This document shows, in pieces, positions 61,794 to 64,000 of a stretch of DNA of 64,000 nucleotides. The notes below the pieces were generated by a model that did not search any database, was not told the origin of the DNA, and saw only the letters and a list, made by a program, of their open reading frames with translations. Each line of letters starts with the position of its first letter. Position 1 is the stretch's first letter. Origin of the DNA: Anthoceros angustus. Lineage: Eukaryota > Plantae > Anthocerotophyta. The DNA lies in NCBI GenBank assembly GCA_010909165.1, contig MU008189.1, positions 612,076 through 676,075 of the forward strand, read 5' to 3'. A program made the translations under genes and the position numbers.

Positions 61794-62991
61794 TCAAGAG
61801 AACTGGGCGACAGTCTGATACGTTTGTCCAGGTGCCCAGTCTGTGGGAAGCGCATTTTGTACTACCAGCAGGGATGAGCCTAAACCGGAGGTGAATCGAA
61901 TAGAGAGCGCCCCGTGCAATTGCGCAGCCTTGTCGTATGCCCAGTTGGCGCCCCATTTGTGCACCATTGGCTGCCACTCTGACGTAGCATCCTGTGCAGT
62001 GCCAAGTCCAATTGATGTGGGCACCAGCGTGCGTCGTGAGTTCATGATCACAGGCTTTTGAAAACCACACACAGCAATTTGAACCACGGCGTGTGAAGGC
62101 TGGGTTTGAGGAGTGAGAAGTCTGACTACCTTCACTTCCAAGGCTGAGAGGTCCCCAGGTCCGCCTTCATGCAGCACGGTGAGCTCCAGCCAGTTAGGAT
62201 TGCTGCCTTGGTCCACCGCGATTGTCACATTCTGCTCGGCATACAGGCACGGCACGCTGTTCGCAAGCGGAATCCAGTCCAGTTAGTCTGACAGAGTATG
62301 CCGTTTGTGGGTCGAGCAATCTTGGCGCATTAATGCTTCAGTGCGGACTGACCGTTTGTAGAGGATGTCGACGACGCCGAGGCCCATGAGATCAGATCCT
62401 TTCCCGGCGGCCGCCATGTTCCCCATGGCTGTGCCGCTGAGATCGAAGTGGGGCTTGCCGATGCCGCAGAGGGATCCTCCAGGGCAGATGTCGGTCAGCA
62501 CAACCGTGATGGGGTCGCCGCTGCAGGCAGGATCACTGGTGCATTTCACCTGGTAGCAGGAGCCGCAGCCGAGGCCGTCCTGGTAGAGCACCGGGCTACC
62601 CGCAGCGATGTTCTTGCCGTAAGGCTTGGTGGAGAGCTCACCATAGCCGCACGCGCCACCTGGATTCACATTCACCAGTTCACAATTTCACGTCACTACG
62701 ATGCGGATGGATCAGGGCACCTCGAGCACAGGCACGAGCGTCGTGGACGCCGGATCCGGATCGATCTATGTACTTACCGTCAGATCCATCGCCGTCTGGC
62801 TCCCCATACCAGGTGGCCTTGCAGGCCAGCCACTCGGACCCGTACAGGTCAGAGAGCTGGCGGGATCTGGCTGTGAGAGAGGCCGCCGATGCAGGAATGG
62901 AGCGAGCTGCAGAGATGGGCGGAAGAAGTTGAAAGAAGGCAAATGCGCAAGCTAGAGTCACTAGCAGGCATCTCATGATGGATGATGCCAT
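61794..62991 (-). CDS. EXPB: Beta-expansin (EXPB-like); join(complement 62778..62991, 62353..62659, 62130..62256, 61794..61991), 281 aa
   Basis: Signal peptide, ATWYG.P.G.GS.GGACGYG, GCGSCYQVKC, TD.CPG, HFDLSG, GSNPNWL, W..M..KWGANW. Three GT-AG introns keep the frame. Confidence 0.93.
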
Positions 62992-64000
62992 TGCAATGTT
63001 GCAATGTTCTGCTAGTCTGCGGTCTCCAGACTCCTGACACACTAGTTGAAGGTTCGAATTCCGGATCCGATTCCTCACATCCAATTGATCGAGGTGCAGC
63101 TCGAAGCCGGTGCCAGATATGGCTCACATCTTATACTGCCATGGCTGCACGAATTCAGGCTTGCTTCTGAAGCCCATTGAAGAAGGTGAGATTGCGCATC
63201 CGCGGCCGGCAAGTGAATTGGGACAAGTTTGGCGCCAAGCGAGCGAGCCCGGAACAGACGCCGGCTTGATTGCCAGTCGGGCCAGTCGGGCCAGTCGGAC
63301 TGCACGCCAACCGGACTGGTGTCTTCAAAATAATAGACGCCGTCCAGAATTACCGGCGAACGGCCCTAAGACGCCATGGCCCTGGGCCTGGACTGGCGAA
63401 ACCGGCAGCGACCCCGGGTGGCGCTTTCTCCTGAATTCCACACACCAGCAAAGCCGAGCAGTGCTTTGTATTTTCGTCCTCCTTGCTGGTTTGCACCCAA
63501 TATTTCATGCAATGTTTGTTGTTGTTTGCGGTTCCGGCATTGTGAAGCTTTGGCTGTCCAAGTGCGAGAAGTAGTGTTAAAGATCTTGATTTGACAATGA
63601 GACCAACTCGGTGTATTCAACATCGACATGTTGAAAAGGTTAAGTGTAAAGGTGGTTTAAGTTTTATCCTTCATTCTCTTATTGTGTTTGTCGATTCTAT
63701 GTTTTGGCAGTAGCCACCACTAAAGATCTGTCGGCCACTAGTTTGTGCATTTGGTCCTCGATTCAACATTGATGGTGCCCGAGTGTGGTGGAGGTGATGC
63801 CTCCTCGTTGAGGCCTGTAAGCATTTTATGAGTCGTTTGGTGTTTCAAGGTTTGTTTCTTTTCTTCTTTTGCTGATTGGTATTTGACTTTTTGTTGCTTT
63901 TTGTTGCGTTGCCAATTATTACCACCCTTGCTATCCACCATGAAAGCGGGCCCTTTGCCCTTTTTGGACGTTAGTATCTTCTTTGTATTTTGGTTCTCCT

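Noticed and set aside
1-64000. Prokaryotic defence system, operon or rRNA locus
   Set aside because: Genes have spliceosomal introns and plant signatures; no rRNA or operon structure was seen.

Overview
Eukaryotic nuclear DNA from a seed-free land plant. The plant assignment rests on PLS-type PPR remnants, a beta-expansin with GT-AG introns and a plant tRNA-Val(AAC); bryophyte or hornwort is an inference from composition and TE content. About 85% of the window is nested transposable elements. Positions ~0.2-44.8 kb are a cascade of tandem duplications (about 2.1, 0.9, 1.06 and 18.9 kb), each bounded by 7-16 nt microhomology. Each 18.9-kb unit holds Ty1/copia fragments, a 1.08-kb tandem repeat studded with GGACGTCC palindromes, and a 9,554-bp cut-and-paste DNA transposon. 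That transposon has 24-bp TIRs, a near 4-bp TSD, a Sola2-like DDE transposase, and a convergent accessory ORF with RING-H2-like and BAH-like modules. Each unit also has a tRNA-Val gene and a PPR pseudogene. Positions 45-54 kb hold two CRE-clade non-LTR retrotransposons that have destroyed an expansin paralog; the first is full length with a 10-bp TSD. Positions 54.8-63 kb hold three clean intron-containing genes: a divergent bacterial-style phosphoglycerate kinase, a tail-anchored ParB/Srx-like protein and a beta-expansin, with a copia fragment in between. The duplicated region is full of copy-specific 1-3 nt indels while the unique genes are frameshift-free. Many apparent frameshifts may therefore be unpolished long-read error. 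Superfamily and domain names come from motif recall, not database searches.
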